Assembly (NCBI GenBank): GCA_031178005.1
Contig: JAPSJV010000011.1
Coordinates: forward strand, 30,799 to 94,798
Reading direction: 5' to 3'
Length of the DNA stretch: 64,000 bases
From: Pseudarthrobacter sp.
Lineage (GTDB): Bacteria; Actinomycetota; Actinomycetes; Actinomycetales; Micrococcaceae
Positions 51,665 through 60,840 of the stretch are shown one piece after another. How positions within the stretch are numbered: position 1 is the first letter of the stretch; each line of letters opens with the position of its first letter. The position numbers and the translations under genes were made by a program. The notes under the pieces are model-generated. The model was not told where the DNA came from. It was given only the letters and a program-made list of their open reading frames with translations, and did no database searches.

Positions 51665-52936
51665 CTACGCCCTGCTGAGGACCTCCAGCAGGAACTTCAC
51701 ACCGCCGTCGGACAGCCGCGATTGTTCCGGCAGCGCCCACGGAAGCCTTGCTTCCTGTCCCGCTACAGCCAAGTTGACCGCCGCAAGGTTCCACCTCACC
51801 GTTTGGTCAATATCCACTGCCCAGGCGAGTGGAATGGGGTCCCCTGATCGGGTGACGAATCCAGCAGCTGCCAAGGCATCCTGAACCACCTCCGCGGTGC
51901 GCAGCTGGGGAGGGCCTGCCGGACTGAGATACCAGTGAACATATAAGTGGGTGGCCATCCGCACGGCGTCGTGGTCCGGCTTGCCAACGAGCTCCAGCAG
52001 CCAATCCCACAACTCCTCCGGCCGTTGCAATACACGTTTCCCGCGTACCGTGAGCACCAGCCGGCCCTTGAGTTTACGGAGCAACTTCCAATCCATCAGC
52101 CGTTGCCGGAGTTCCGCCACGGGCCGCGCGTGATTCTCGCGGTTCCCCTTGCCCATGATGGGATCGCTCCAGCCAAGCTCATCCATCGCCCGTTTCACCA
52201 GTGCAGGCTTGAGATAGCCGGCGCTGGTCAGTTCGATACCATCCGGCTCCGCCATTTCCAGGAACCAGCGGATCGGGCGAACCACGGCTTCGCGTTCCTC
52301 ATCAGTAAGCGGCTCCGGCCACCATTGGAGGCCCAGAAGATGCAGGTTGGCATTGGCGGCATCCTGGTCAAATAGGGTCGGGTCGAATCTTCCGGAACGA
52401 AAGCCCAGAACGTCGAACAACCACATTCTTGCGTCCTGGTACGTCGGGTGGCTGGGGTCCGCAAGAACCTGAAGCAACTCCTTGTACTCGCGGGCTCCAC
52501 CGGAATCCTCCACCGGGCCGCGGTTGTCCCCCTCGAGGCACAGCATGTCGCCAACGGGCACTTCCGTAAAGCCCAGCAGTTCGACATGGTGCGTCCAGGA
52601 ATCACCGAAGTCATATTCATATTCCAAAGTCGCGCCGGCTTCCCTGCCGCGCAGCAGCTCCGAAAGCACGACGCCGGAGGCCGGCTCGGCTTCGAGGTCT
52701 TCCGTTGCGTCGTCCGGTCCGACGATCTGCCGGCGTTTACCGGTGCTGTCCACGCACGTGATGGCGTAGAGGTGCCGGTCTTCCCAGCCGAACGCAGCCT
52801 GCAGTGCCATATGGAACTGCGGAATGCTGAGTGTTTCCGGGACCCGCAACGTACGCCAGACGGGCGGAACGGTGTCCTCGATGCTGATACGGAGGTCGTA
52901 AGCGGGGACGGTGCTGGCTGCGGGCATGCTCGCCAT
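51665..52936 (-). CDS. Plasmid pRiA4b ORF-3 family protein
   Basis: PPVWRTLRVP, FH..LQAAFGWEDRHL, YEYDFGDSWTH, PVEDSGG. Confidence 0.88.
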   Translation of the reverse strand: MASMPAASTVPAYDLRISIEDTVPPVWRTLRVPETLSIPQFHMALQAAFGWEDRHLYAITCVDSTGKRRQIVGPDDATEDLEAEPASGVVLSELLRGREAGATLEYEYDFGDSWTHHVELLGFTEVPVGDMLCLEGDNRGPVEDSGGAREYKELLQVLADPSHPTYQDARMWLFDVLGFRSGRFDPTLFDQDAANANLHLLGLQWWPEPLTDEEREAVVRPIRWFLEMAEPDGIELTSAGYLKPALVKRAMDELGWSDPIMGKGNRENHARPVAELRQRLMDWKLLRKLKGRLVLTVRGKRVLQRPEELWDWLLELVGKPDHDAVRMATHLYVHWYLSPAGPPQLRTAEVVQDALAAAGFVTRSGDPIPLAWAVDIDQTVRWNLAAVNLAVAGQEARLPWALPEQSRLSDGGVKFLLEVLSRA

Positions 52937-52967
52937 TGTGCCAGACCGTACAGGCCGCGCGTACTCC

Positions 52968-53032
52968 CCCAAGTAACTCGCAATTAACGCACCGAAAACG
53001 CGGGGGACTGCGTTAATTGCCAGTCAGTTGGG
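52968..53032. repeat. 65-bp palindromic element, family A (degenerate core)
   Basis: CCCAAGTAACTCGCAATTAACGCA...TGCGTTAATTGCCAGTCAGTTGGG; shares ends and central AAAACGCG with the 43643 copy. Confidence 0.8.
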
Positions 53033-53115
53033 TGACCCGCCGCAGCTCCCGGAGTAGCCTCGAAAGTGACCCTGTTTGAACGACTCCATGTGCAATCCGA
53101 ACAAGGAGTAGGACG

Positions 53116-54414
53116 ATGAACCAGGTTGCTGGAATCAAGGAAAGTGCCCTCCCGCTGCAGGATGAGGCTGATCTGGATCCGCTGATGGACCGCATCGGCG
53201 ACGCACGCTATGTGCTGATCGGCGAAGCGTCCCACGGCACCCACGAGTACTACGCCTGGCGGGCCACCCTCAGCCGGCGGCTCATCCGGGAACGGGGCTT
53301 TTCCTTTGTGGGCGTCGAGGGCGACTGGCCGGACTGCTACGCGGTGGACAGGTCGGTGAAACACTTGCCCGGAGTGCCCGAGGATCCTGGGGAGGTGCTG
53401 CACGGCTTTGAGCGCTGGCCCACGTGGATGTGGGCGAACCGGGACGTCGCCGGCTTCACCCGCTGGCTGCGCGAGTTCAACGGTTCGCGGCCAGCAGACG
53501 AACGGGTCGGATTTTACGGGCTGGATGTCTACAGCCTCTGGGATTCCCTCCGCGAAACCCTGGGCTACCTGAAGAAGTACCACCCTGGACATGTTGAAAC
53601 CGCGCTGGACGCATTTCGCTGCTTCGAGCCTTTTGTGGAAGATCCGCAGTCCTACGCCCTGTCCACCCGCCTGGTTCCCTCCGGGTGCGAAGCGGAGGTG
53701 GTGGAACTGCTGGGCAAAGTGCGGGCATCAGCTGTCATCGACAACGTCCCGCCACGGGATGAACGCTTCAACGCCGAGCAGAACGCCCTGTCGGCGGCCG
53801 GCGCGGAGTCCTATTACCGGGCCATGGTTGGCGGCGGCGACCAGTCCTGGAACGTCCGTGACCACCACATGGTCTCCACGCTGGAACGCCTGATGAACCA
53901 TCATGGCGACGACGCGAAAGCCATCGTCTGGGAACACAACACCCATATCGGCGATGCCCGCTGGACGGACATGAGTCGCGGCGGCCTGGTCAATGTTGGC
54001 CAACTGGTCCGCGAACGCCACGGCGACGAGGGCGTGGTGCTCGTGGGTTTCGGCGGTTACCGCGGCAGCGTTATTGCCGCTGACCAGTGGGGCGGCCAAA
54101 CCCAGGCGATGGAGCTTCCACCTGCCCGGGGGGACAGCACCGAAGAACAGATGCATTCTGCGCTGGAGGGAACGCCGTCGGCCCTCTTTGTCTTTGACGG
54201 CCAGCCACCCGCGTGGGCGGACGCGGCGCAGGGCCACCGGGCCGTCGGCGTCGTCTATGACCCCCGCGCCGAAAGGTGGGGAAATTACGTTCCCACCATC
54301 CTGGGCCGCAGGTACGACGCTTTTATGTTCTTCGACCGGACCCGCGCGCTGGAGCCGCTGCACGGAGTTCCTGCCGACACCACGGAGCTGGAGACCTGGC
54401 CCAGCGGAGAATGA
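53116..54414 (+). CDS. Erythromycin esterase family protein
   Basis: IGEASHGTHEYY, VEGDWPD, GFYGLDVYS, WNVRDHHM, VWEHNTHIGD. Confidence 0.9.
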   Translation: MNQVAGIKESALPLQDEADLDPLMDRIGDARYVLIGEASHGTHEYYAWRATLSRRLIRERGFSFVGVEGDWPDCYAVDRSVKHLPGVPEDPGEVLHGFERWPTWMWANRDVAGFTRWLREFNGSRPADERVGFYGLDVYSLWDSLRETLGYLKKYHPGHVETALDAFRCFEPFVEDPQSYALSTRLVPSGCEAEVVELLGKVRASAVIDNVPPRDERFNAEQNALSAAGAESYYRAMVGGGDQSWNVRDHHMVSTLERLMNHHGDDAKAIVWEHNTHIGDARWTDMSRGGLVNVGQLVRERHGDEGVVLVGFGGYRGSVIAADQWGGQTQAMELPPARGDSTEEQMHSALEGTPSALFVFDGQPPAWADAAQGHRAVGVVYDPRAERWGNYVPTILGRRYDAFMFFDRTRALEPLHGVPADTTELETWPSGE

Positions 54415-54459
54415 GAGACAAGTCCCCGCAGGGTTGCTACGATTGCTACAGAGGCTTCA

Positions 54460-54726
54460 ATGACAACGATTCCGCACCGCGAACTGCGTAACCAAAGCAG
54501 CAAAATCCTGGACCGCGTGAAGAACGGCGAAACGATCGATGTCACCAACAACGGCGTGGTGGCAGCCACGCTGATTCCGCCGTCGTCCTCGCCATTCGAG
54601 AAACTCCTTATGGCCGGGCAGGTTCGTCCGGCCCAGCCCGGTCCCGTCGATTTCCAGGCCATCCCGCGGGTCGTCATTGCCGAACCAACTCAGGAAATAC
54701 TGGCTGACCTTCGCGGTGACCGTTGA
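54460..54726 (+). CDS. Phd/YefM-type antitoxin (VapB)
   Basis: IPHRELRNQSSKILDRVKNGETIDVTNNG. Confidence 0.88.
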   Translation: MTTIPHRELRNQSSKILDRVKNGETIDVTNNGVVAATLIPPSSSPFEKLLMAGQVRPAQPGPVDFQAIPRVVIAEPTQEILADLRGDR

Positions 54727-55121
54727 TCGTTTATGTGGATACCTCAGCCGCGCTCAAACTGGCGGTCGAGGAAAAGGAGTCCCACCACCTCGCCGGGTAC
54801 CTCCAGGGTTTGGCCGCTGAAGGCCACCACCTGGTGGGCTCAATGCTCCTCTACACTGAACTGCACTGTGCCGGGCACCGTCACGGCATCCCCAGCGGGC
54901 TTATTACGGCCGTCCTGGGAGGGCTCAATCTTGTGGATCTGGCGCGGTCTGACCTGATGTATGCCGCCGCCCTCCCCGGCGGACTCCGCAGCGCAGATGC
55001 AATTCACCTGGCTACAGCCATCCGGCTGCAGTCGGGTCTGCTGGTGGCGTACGACGGCGGGTTGCTGGCTGCCGCCGTCGACGCGGGACTGTCGGTCATC
55101 GCCCCGAGCGCTGGAGACTAG
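54723..55121 (+). CDS. PIN-domain toxin (VapC)
   Basis: YVDTSAALKL, LRSADAIHLATA, YD; TTGA overlap with antitoxin. Confidence 0.9.
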   Translation: MIVYVDTSAALKLAVEEKESHHLAGYLQGLAAEGHHLVGSMLLYTELHCAGHRHGIPSGLITAVLGGLNLVDLARSDLMYAAALPGGLRSADAIHLATAIRLQSGLLVAYDGGLLAAAVDAGLSVIAPSAGD

Positions 55122-55492
55122 GCAGGCTTGGCGTACGAGGCCGCACTCATGATTTCGTACCCCACGAATGTTTCGTCATTTTCAACCCAGGCATCGTGGC
55201 CCGGCGGGATGGCATACGCGTCACCGGCGTGGATCGTCGTGACGGTCCCGTCCTCCAATTGAACCGTGAGCGTGCCGGCGGTGCAGACGCCCAAATGGTT
55301 GTTCTGGCAGCTGTCGGTGTGGACCACGGTCTTGACCGTCTCAGACCATCTCCATCCCGGCTCGAAAGTGAATCTCCCCAGAGTAGTGCCACCAATATTG
55401 ATGACGTCGACCTCCGTTTTTGGTGGACGACGCTGTTCATCAGGATCATTGAAGGACTTTGACTCAAGGGTTGTGACTGTTGGTGCGGGCAT
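55118..55492 (-). CDS. Cupin-domain protein
   Basis: GAGGAG RBS; FEPGWRWS, CQNNHLG, IPPGHDAWV. Confidence 0.85.
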   Translation of the reverse strand: MPAPTVTTLESKSFNDPDEQRRPPKTEVDVINIGGTTLGRFTFEPGWRWSETVKTVVHTDSCQNNHLGVCTAGTLTVQLEDGTVTTIHAGDAYAIPPGHDAWVENDETFVGYEIMSAASYAKPA

Positions 55493-55663
55493 TTCAGTTC
55501 TCCTCAACAGGGAGCGCTTAACAACTGTTCTTCCGGAGGCGCGTTGGTGCTCCAGGAATGCAGGGCCGGTGTTGCCCGGGACGGCGCGATGAATGGGCAG
55601 AATCGAAGGTGCGGCTAGGATTCTCAGATTGCTCTCGGCGTCAGGCGCTGTCAATAGATTTTT

Positions 55664-55750
55664 GGATCTCGACAGGCTCGATCACCAGCCGGGCTCGATC
55701 ACCAGACGAGCTCGATCACCAGACAGCCTCGATCACCGGCAGCGATCGAC
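55664..55750. repeat. 17-bp-period tandem array, family B variant
   Basis: CTCGATCACC at 55677, 55694, 55711, 55728, headed by GGATCTCGACAGGCTCGATCACC. Confidence 0.8.
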
Positions 55751-55754
55751 ACTG

Positions 55755-56360
55755 TTAGGTGTGTTCGGTCCAGCACGCCAGGATGATCGTCGCGACCTGG
55801 TAGGCGAATGCGGTGGGTGTCACCTTGTCGGGACCGAACGCGGCGGGAAGGTCCGAGGCGTCCACGTGCAGGATCATGCTGTCCTTTTGGAAGACTACTG
55901 AACCGCTAGGGGTTTCGTAGGCCGGAAACCCCAGGCTGGCCAGGCCCTTGATCGGCGTCGCGTCCACCGCAAGTGCCTGCATCGCGTCAAAGTACTTCAG
56001 CGCCGATGCCTGGTCCGCGGCCTCCTGGACGCTGACCGCCAGGTCTCCGTCTTCAAGTTGGTACGTGCAGTCATAGGTACTGTTTGCCCAGTTGTCGCTG
56101 GTGGATGGCTCGGCGTCCAGCTTGAGGATCTTCACCAGGTTGCCTTTGACCTGACCGCCACAAACCATCAACGATGCCTCGCTGGGAGCGTTGGCCGAGG
56201 CGGGCCCGGGGGACGAATGACTGGATCCTTCGGACGAACCATGACCTGCGCCGTGCGATCCGTGTCCACCAGCGCCTGCGGCCGATCCGCAGCCTGCCAG
56301 CAGCAGCGACGCGACGGCCAGGAGGGCCAGGGGGGCCGCTTTACGGTTCCGGTTGTTCAT
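55755..56360 (-). CDS. Hypothetical lipoprotein with His-rich N-terminus
   Basis: Lipobox LAGC; GGHGSHGAGHGS; three more Cys, ending ACWTEHT. Confidence 0.78.
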   Translation of the reverse strand: MNNRNRKAAPLALLAVASLLLAGCGSAAGAGGHGSHGAGHGSSEGSSHSSPGPASANAPSEASLMVCGGQVKGNLVKILKLDAEPSTSDNWANSTYDCTYQLEDGDLAVSVQEAADQASALKYFDAMQALAVDATPIKGLASLGFPAYETPSGSVVFQKDSMILHVDASDLPAAFGPDKVTPTAFAYQVATIILACWTEHT

Positions 56361-56376
56361 GGGAATGTCCGTCCTG

Positions 56377-57084
56377 TCAGGCTTTCAGCTTGGCATAGAT
56401 CACGTAGTTGTCGTCGAAGAGCCCGGTGGCTGCATCGTATCCATCGCAGGTAATCAGCCGCAGTTCCGCACCGGGCGTATTGCCGTACACCTCGAAGGTG
56501 GGAAAGTCGTTTTTGCTGTACATGGCGCCGCGGTCCACGGTGAAGACAGCCACACTGCCGTCGGCCCGGGATACGTTGATCTCCGCGCCCGGCGTGAGCT
56601 GGCGGAGGCCGGCGAACACACCCTTGGCGCCGCCCAGGGCGTTCACGTGGCCCAGCATGACTGAGGGCCCGCGCTCCCCCGGTGTTGGTGATCCGGTGTA
56701 CCAGCTGGCGGGTGCGCCGCTGCCGGTATCCTCCGGGACTTCGAGCGACCGGTTTTCGCGCAGCCCCAGGTGCAGAAGGTCGCTGCGGACATCGATCGAG
56801 GGAATGGTCAGCGTCACCGGTTCGGAAGCGGCGAGGACTGCCGGAAGGCCGGCGGTAGGAACGGAAGCGTCCGACGGCGGAGCAACAGTTGCGGGGGCAA
56901 TCGGACGAGGGGCGGTAGAGCCGCCGGGAGCAGGAACAGCAGCCGTCGCCGCAGGTGCCTCCGGCGCGGCCGGTGAGGTCCCGCCGTCGGACATTCCGCC
57001 GCAGCCGGCAAGGGTCAGCAGGAGCAGAGCCCCTGCCGCCGCGGAAGCAACAAGGCCTCCGCGGCGGCCGGGAATCTTAGTCAC
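56377..57084 (-). CDS. Class F sortase
   Basis: PTPGERGPSVMLGHVN, VF..L..L.PG, FPT..VYG, ELRLITC. Confidence 0.88.
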   Translation of the reverse strand: MTKIPGRRGGLVASAAAGALLLLTLAGCGGMSDGGTSPAAPEAPAATAAVPAPGGSTAPRPIAPATVAPPSDASVPTAGLPAVLAASEPVTLTIPSIDVRSDLLHLGLRENRSLEVPEDTGSGAPASWYTGSPTPGERGPSVMLGHVNALGGAKGVFAGLRQLTPGAEINVSRADGSVAVFTVDRGAMYSKNDFPTFEVYGNTPGAELRLITCDGYDAATGLFDDNYVIYAKLKA

Positions 57085-57105
57085 AGTAATCAGTCCGGGA
57101 TCCGC

Positions 57106-57882
57106 TTAGGCTGCGGAACCGACGGACCGGCGACGGATGACGTAAGCTCCGCCGGCGAGTGCCACCAGAGCCAGGCCGCCACCGAGTGCCAGGGCACCGG
57201 CGTCGGGAGCAGCGGAGGTGGCAGCAACGCCGGTGTCAGCGCCGCCTACCGGCATTGCCATACCCTCGGCCAGCGTTCCGCACAGTGCGGGCGACGTTGC
57301 GGCGAGCGGCAGTTCCGGAACCAGGTCGCTCTTGGCCTCGGCACCTGCCTTCGTCAGGGTGGCCGGATCCAGGCCGTGCACAACGACGACGGCGGTGCCG
57401 GCTTCGAGGGCTGCCTTGGTTTCGGCGTTCAGTTCGAAGGTCCGGTCCACGGTGTAGCTGCCGCCCTGTCCGGCGACCTTGAGGTCAAGGCCGGCTGCGG
57501 GGCTGGTGTCGCCGCTGGTGGAGAGGGTGGTAACGATGCCGCCGTAGGACGGTGCGCCCTCGGTGGTGGAGATGACGCCGTCGCCATTGGCATCGACGGA
57601 CGGGTCGGGGCAGGTGCCCTGGGCTCCGCCGTGGATGTGCTGGACGTGCGGGTACGGCGCGTCCATAAAGGTCTCAGCCAGACCGGAGACCTTCAGCACT
57701 GCGTGGGCTTCATTGCCGTTGACATCCACCGTGATGGTGCCTGATGCGGAGCTGCCGTTGATCTGGCCCAGTGTGGACTGGTAGGAATGGGGGCCGTCGT
57801 GTGCCATGGCCGGAGCCGTGGAAAGGGCGAGTGCGCCGAGTGCCAGGGTGGGGACTGCCATAAAGCGAAGTGTCTTGTTCAT
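57106..57882 (-). CDS. Secreted CHRD-like protein with sortase-type C-terminal sorting signal
   Basis: Signal peptide; PHVQHIHG, VVVVHG, CG; MPVGGADTG + hydrophobic helix + RRR. Confidence 0.8.
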   Translation of the reverse strand: MNKTLRFMAVPTLALGALALSTAPAMAHDGPHSYQSTLGQINGSSASGTITVDVNGNEAHAVLKVSGLAETFMDAPYPHVQHIHGGAQGTCPDPSVDANGDGVISTTEGAPSYGGIVTTLSTSGDTSPAAGLDLKVAGQGGSYTVDRTFELNAETKAALEAGTAVVVVHGLDPATLTKAGAEAKSDLVPELPLAATSPALCGTLAEGMAMPVGGADTGVAATSAAPDAGALALGGGLALVALAGGAYVIRRRSVGSAA

Positions 57883-57944
57883 GTCGAAAATCTCCTCATA
57901 CACGTCCATGTGATGGTGCCGTCCCGGAAAGGGGACACGGGTAC

Positions 57945-57970
57945 TTCGGAGCGCTCCTCCGGGCGGATGG
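57945..57970 (-). promoter_or_regulatory. SigK-type promoter
   Basis: Minus strand CCATCC-N15-CCGAA. Confidence 0.75.
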
Positions 57971-58006
57971 GTGAAGATGCAAAAGAATTTTGGTAGGAAT
58001 CCGGAC

Positions 58007-58032
58007 CCGTCCAAACACAGAACGGCGCCGAA
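58007..58032 (+). promoter_or_regulatory. SigK-type autoregulatory promoter
   Basis: CCGTCC-N15-CCGAA upstream of sigK. Confidence 0.65.
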
Positions 58033-58116
58033 TCCCTTCCAGATACCAATGCAGACACGGGACGGGAGGAGGAATGTGTGACGACGATGCAGGTGCGCGA
58101 CTTATGCTGGAGAGTA

Positions 58117-58746
58117 ATGGAAACTCCCAACGCCCCCAACACTGCGAACCCGCCTGCCGGCGTTCCGGCGCGTACCGGCGTGAACAGTACCGGCACGGAC
58201 CTGAACAGGCAGCTGGGCGCCCTCCTCGAGCAAATTGCCGACGGCGACAGGGGCGCCTTTGCGGAGTTCTACCGTCTCACCTCACGCCGGGTGTTCGGCA
58301 TGGCGCGGCGGGTCCTGATCGACCTGGAACTCAGCGAGGACGCCACCCAGGAGGTCTACCTGCAGGTTTGGCAGAACGCCGGAAGCTTCAACGCCGCCAC
58401 CGGAAGCCCGCTGGCCTGGTTGATGACTATCGCCCACCGCCGCGCCGTGGACAAGGTCCGGTCGGCGCAGGCTGCCACGGACCGCGAGGCGAAATACGGG
58501 GCCAACAGCCAGGAGATCGATCACGATTCCGTGTCCGACGAGGTAGGCAGCCGGCTGGAGGCCGATGCCGTGATCCGCTGCTTGGGCACCCTGACGGAGA
58601 CCCAGCAGGAATCGGTCCGGCTCGCGTACTACGGCGGCCTGACCTACCGGGAGGTTGCCGAACGATTGAATTCGGCAATCCCCACCATCAAATCCCGGAT
58701 CCGGGATGGCCTGATACGACTAAAGACCTGTTTGGAGGTGAGTTGA
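58117..58746 (+). CDS. sigK: ECF RNA polymerase sigma factor SigK
   Basis: DATQEVYLQVW, AWLMTIAHRRAVDKVRS, LAYYGGLTYREVA, TIKSRIRDGL, two conserved Cys. Confidence 0.9.
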   Translation: METPNAPNTANPPAGVPARTGVNSTGTDLNRQLGALLEQIADGDRGAFAEFYRLTSRRVFGMARRVLIDLELSEDATQEVYLQVWQNAGSFNAATGSPLAWLMTIAHRRAVDKVRSAQAATDREAKYGANSQEIDHDSVSDEVGSRLEADAVIRCLGTLTETQQESVRLAYYGGLTYREVAERLNSAIPTIKSRIRDGLIRLKTCLEVS

Positions 58747-58747
58747 G

Positions 58748-59584
58748 ATGAACAGCATGAACACGAACGACGGCGGCACGGGCCCCCGCGGTTTCGCCAC
58801 CGATATTGCCACAGACCTTAGTGCCGGACGCGTTGTGGAGCTGGCGGAAATCTATGCCCTGGACGCCGTTACCGATGACGAGCGCGATGCGATCGACGCC
58901 TACATCTCAGCCGCACCGCAGGCCGAACGCGACGCTTTTAATGAGCGGGTCCGCCAGGCACGGGAAGCCCTGGCGCTGACCTTTGCTGTGGAGGAGGAGC
59001 CGCCCGCCGGGTTGTTCGAGCGCACGCTGGCGCAGCTCCCCGAATCACACCCGGAATCCGCAGCCCAGGTAGCCGCGGGTTTTCCGGCGTCGGGCGATGA
59101 ACTGGCCGCCGCACGGGAACGACGCGAGGAACGACGTCGGCCTTCCGCCGCACGGAAATGGCTGATCAGTGCAGCGGCTGCTACTGCCCTGGCATTGGGT
59201 GGCATTGGAATTGGCTCCTACGTGGCGACGCAGAACGATCCGGTGAACCAGGTGCTACAGGCGCAGGATGTCCGTGAGGCAACCGTGGACGTAACCGGCG
59301 GCGGCACCGCAACCGTGGCAATCAGTGCGTCCAAGGATGCCGTGGTGGTGCGGATGAAGGACGTACCACCACCGCCCGCCGGCAAGGTCTACCAGATGTG
59401 GCTGATCCCGGAAGACGGTTCCGCGCCGGTCTCACAGGGGCTGATGGACGCCGAGGCGCTGTCCAAGCCGGCCGTGGTGAGCGGTATCAGCACCGCCGCG
59501 GCGCTGGGTATCACCGTGGAACCGGCCGGTGGATCCACGTCACCCACCATGCCCACGGTTGCTGCTGCCCCGCTGGATACGTAG
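58748..59584 (+). CDS. rskA: Anti-sigma K factor RskA
   Basis: YALDAV..DER, TM helix, GKVYQMWLI, ITVEPAGGS..PT. Confidence 0.88.
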   Translation: MNSMNTNDGGTGPRGFATDIATDLSAGRVVELAEIYALDAVTDDERDAIDAYISAAPQAERDAFNERVRQAREALALTFAVEEEPPAGLFERTLAQLPESHPESAAQVAAGFPASGDELAAARERREERRRPSAARKWLISAAAATALALGGIGIGSYVATQNDPVNQVLQAQDVREATVDVTGGGTATVAISASKDAVVVRMKDVPPPPAGKVYQMWLIPEDGSAPVSQGLMDAEALSKPAVVSGISTAAALGITVEPAGGSTSPTMPTVAAAPLDT

Positions 59585-59612
59585 GTCCGGCGGGGCAAGC
59601 GCCGCCGTCGGT

Positions 59613-60032
59613 TCAGTCCGCGAGAACGCCCACGGTGAGGACCACGTTGCCGAATCGACGGGTGTCTCCGCTGACTATGCACAGTGCCAGATCGGCGGAG
59701 CGCCCTATGTCGTAGAGCTCCCATCTGGACACCGTGCTGATTGGCACGTCGGCCAGGACGGTGGCGAGCTGGTCCTGCACTTCGGACGGGCGCAGTTCGT
59801 CGGGAACAGCTGGTAGCTGCGCCGATTCGACGGGGATGGCGGCCACCACTTTTCCGGCAATGAAGGGTACCGTCGGCTGGTTCGTGGTGAAGCCCAGGCG
59901 GACCACTGGCGCACCCCGCCGGACCGCTGTTGAGACTGGGAAGTGCGCGTCAGTGATCAGGATCTTGGCGCCATGCCCTGCCCCGGCCAGCGCGGCCAGG
60001 ACGTCGGGGTGCTTGATGTCTCCGCGGATCAT
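59613..60032 (-). CDS. RbsD/FucU family sugar mutarotase/pyranase
   Basis: LAGAGHGAKILITDAHFP, SGDTRRFGNV. Confidence 0.85.
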   Translation of the reverse strand: MIRGDIKHPDVLAALAGAGHGAKILITDAHFPVSTAVRRGAPVVRLGFTTNQPTVPFIAGKVVAAIPVESAQLPAVPDELRPSEVQDQLATVLADVPISTVSRWELYDIGRSADLALCIVSGDTRRFGNVVLTVGVLAD

Positions 60033-60035
60033 CGC

Positions 60036-60800
60036 TCAGCCGAAGTACTGGGCGCCGTTGACGTCCAGGATCGCGCCGGAGACAAAGGACGCAGAGTCGC
60101 TGGCCAGCCAAAGGACCGCACTGGCCACATCTTCCGGCGTCCCCGCCCGGCCTGCCGGAATGCCACGAAGCGTCTCCGCTTTGGAATCTGCCGTGGTGAA
60201 CGTGTTGTGGAACGGTGTGGCGTCAATAAAGCCCGGGGCAATGGCGTTCACGGTGATGCCGTCCTGGGTTACTTCCTTTGCCAGCCCGCGGGTGAATCCA
60301 AACAGGGCAGCCTTGCTGGTGGCGTAGGCGGTGGCGCCGGAGTGGCCACCGTTGCGGCCGGCCAACGAGGCAATGTTGATGATCCGGCCGCCCGGGCGTG
60401 TAAGCAGGGGCAGTGCGTAGTGGGTGGCCAGGAATGCGCTGTCCGTATTGACGGCCTGGACCCGCTTCCAGAGCGAGAATTTCATGTCTTGGATCGAGGA
60501 GCGCTCCACAAGGCCGCCGGCGTTGTTGACCAGGATGTCCAGCGACCCGAACTCCTTCTCAAGAATGCTCAGGAGCTGCTGCACGGAATCCTCATCGGTG
60601 GCGTCCGATGCAATAGCCAGTGGGCTGCGGCCGTCGGCGGTAGTCAGCCGGGACAATTGCTCTAATGTCGGTTCGTGCGTCCTGTAGGTGACCGCCACCC
60701 GGGTGCCGGCGGCGGCTAATGCGGCCGCTATTTCAAACCCGATTCCCACGCCCCCGCCTGTGACCAGTGCATGTTTGTTGTCCAAAGAATGGGCAGCCAT
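60036..60800 (-). CDS. SDR family oxidoreductase
   Basis: TGGGVGIG, LVNNAGG, YATSK, VNAIAPG. Confidence 0.92.
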   Translation of the reverse strand: MAAHSLDNKHALVTGGGVGIGFEIAAALAAAGTRVAVTYRTHEPTLEQLSRLTTADGRSPLAIASDATDEDSVQQLLSILEKEFGSLDILVNNAGGLVERSSIQDMKFSLWKRVQAVNTDSAFLATHYALPLLTRPGGRIINIASLAGRNGGHSGATAYATSKAALFGFTRGLAKEVTQDGITVNAIAPGFIDATPFHNTFTTADSKAETLRGIPAGRAGTPEDVASAVLWLASDSASFVSGAILDVNGAQYFG

Positions 60801-60840
60801 CGTTCCTCCTGTGTGTGCTTCGATTCGAGATGTGATGAGT

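Noticed and set aside
53116-54414. Macrolide resistance gene
   Set aside because: Family membership only; most homologs have no demonstrated macrolide activity and there is no resistance-cassette context.
51665-55121. Integrated plasmid or prophage (pRiA4b ORF-3, TA pair)
   Set aside because: No integrase, replication, tRNA or structural genes; this family is common on chromosomes.
55493-55655. Long leader upstream of the cupin gene as a riboswitch
   Set aside because: No recognisable aptamer consensus; cannot be supported without a covariance search.
55664-55750. Possible mini-CRISPR array
   Set aside because: 10-bp repeats with 7-bp linkers are far too short, and there are no cas genes.
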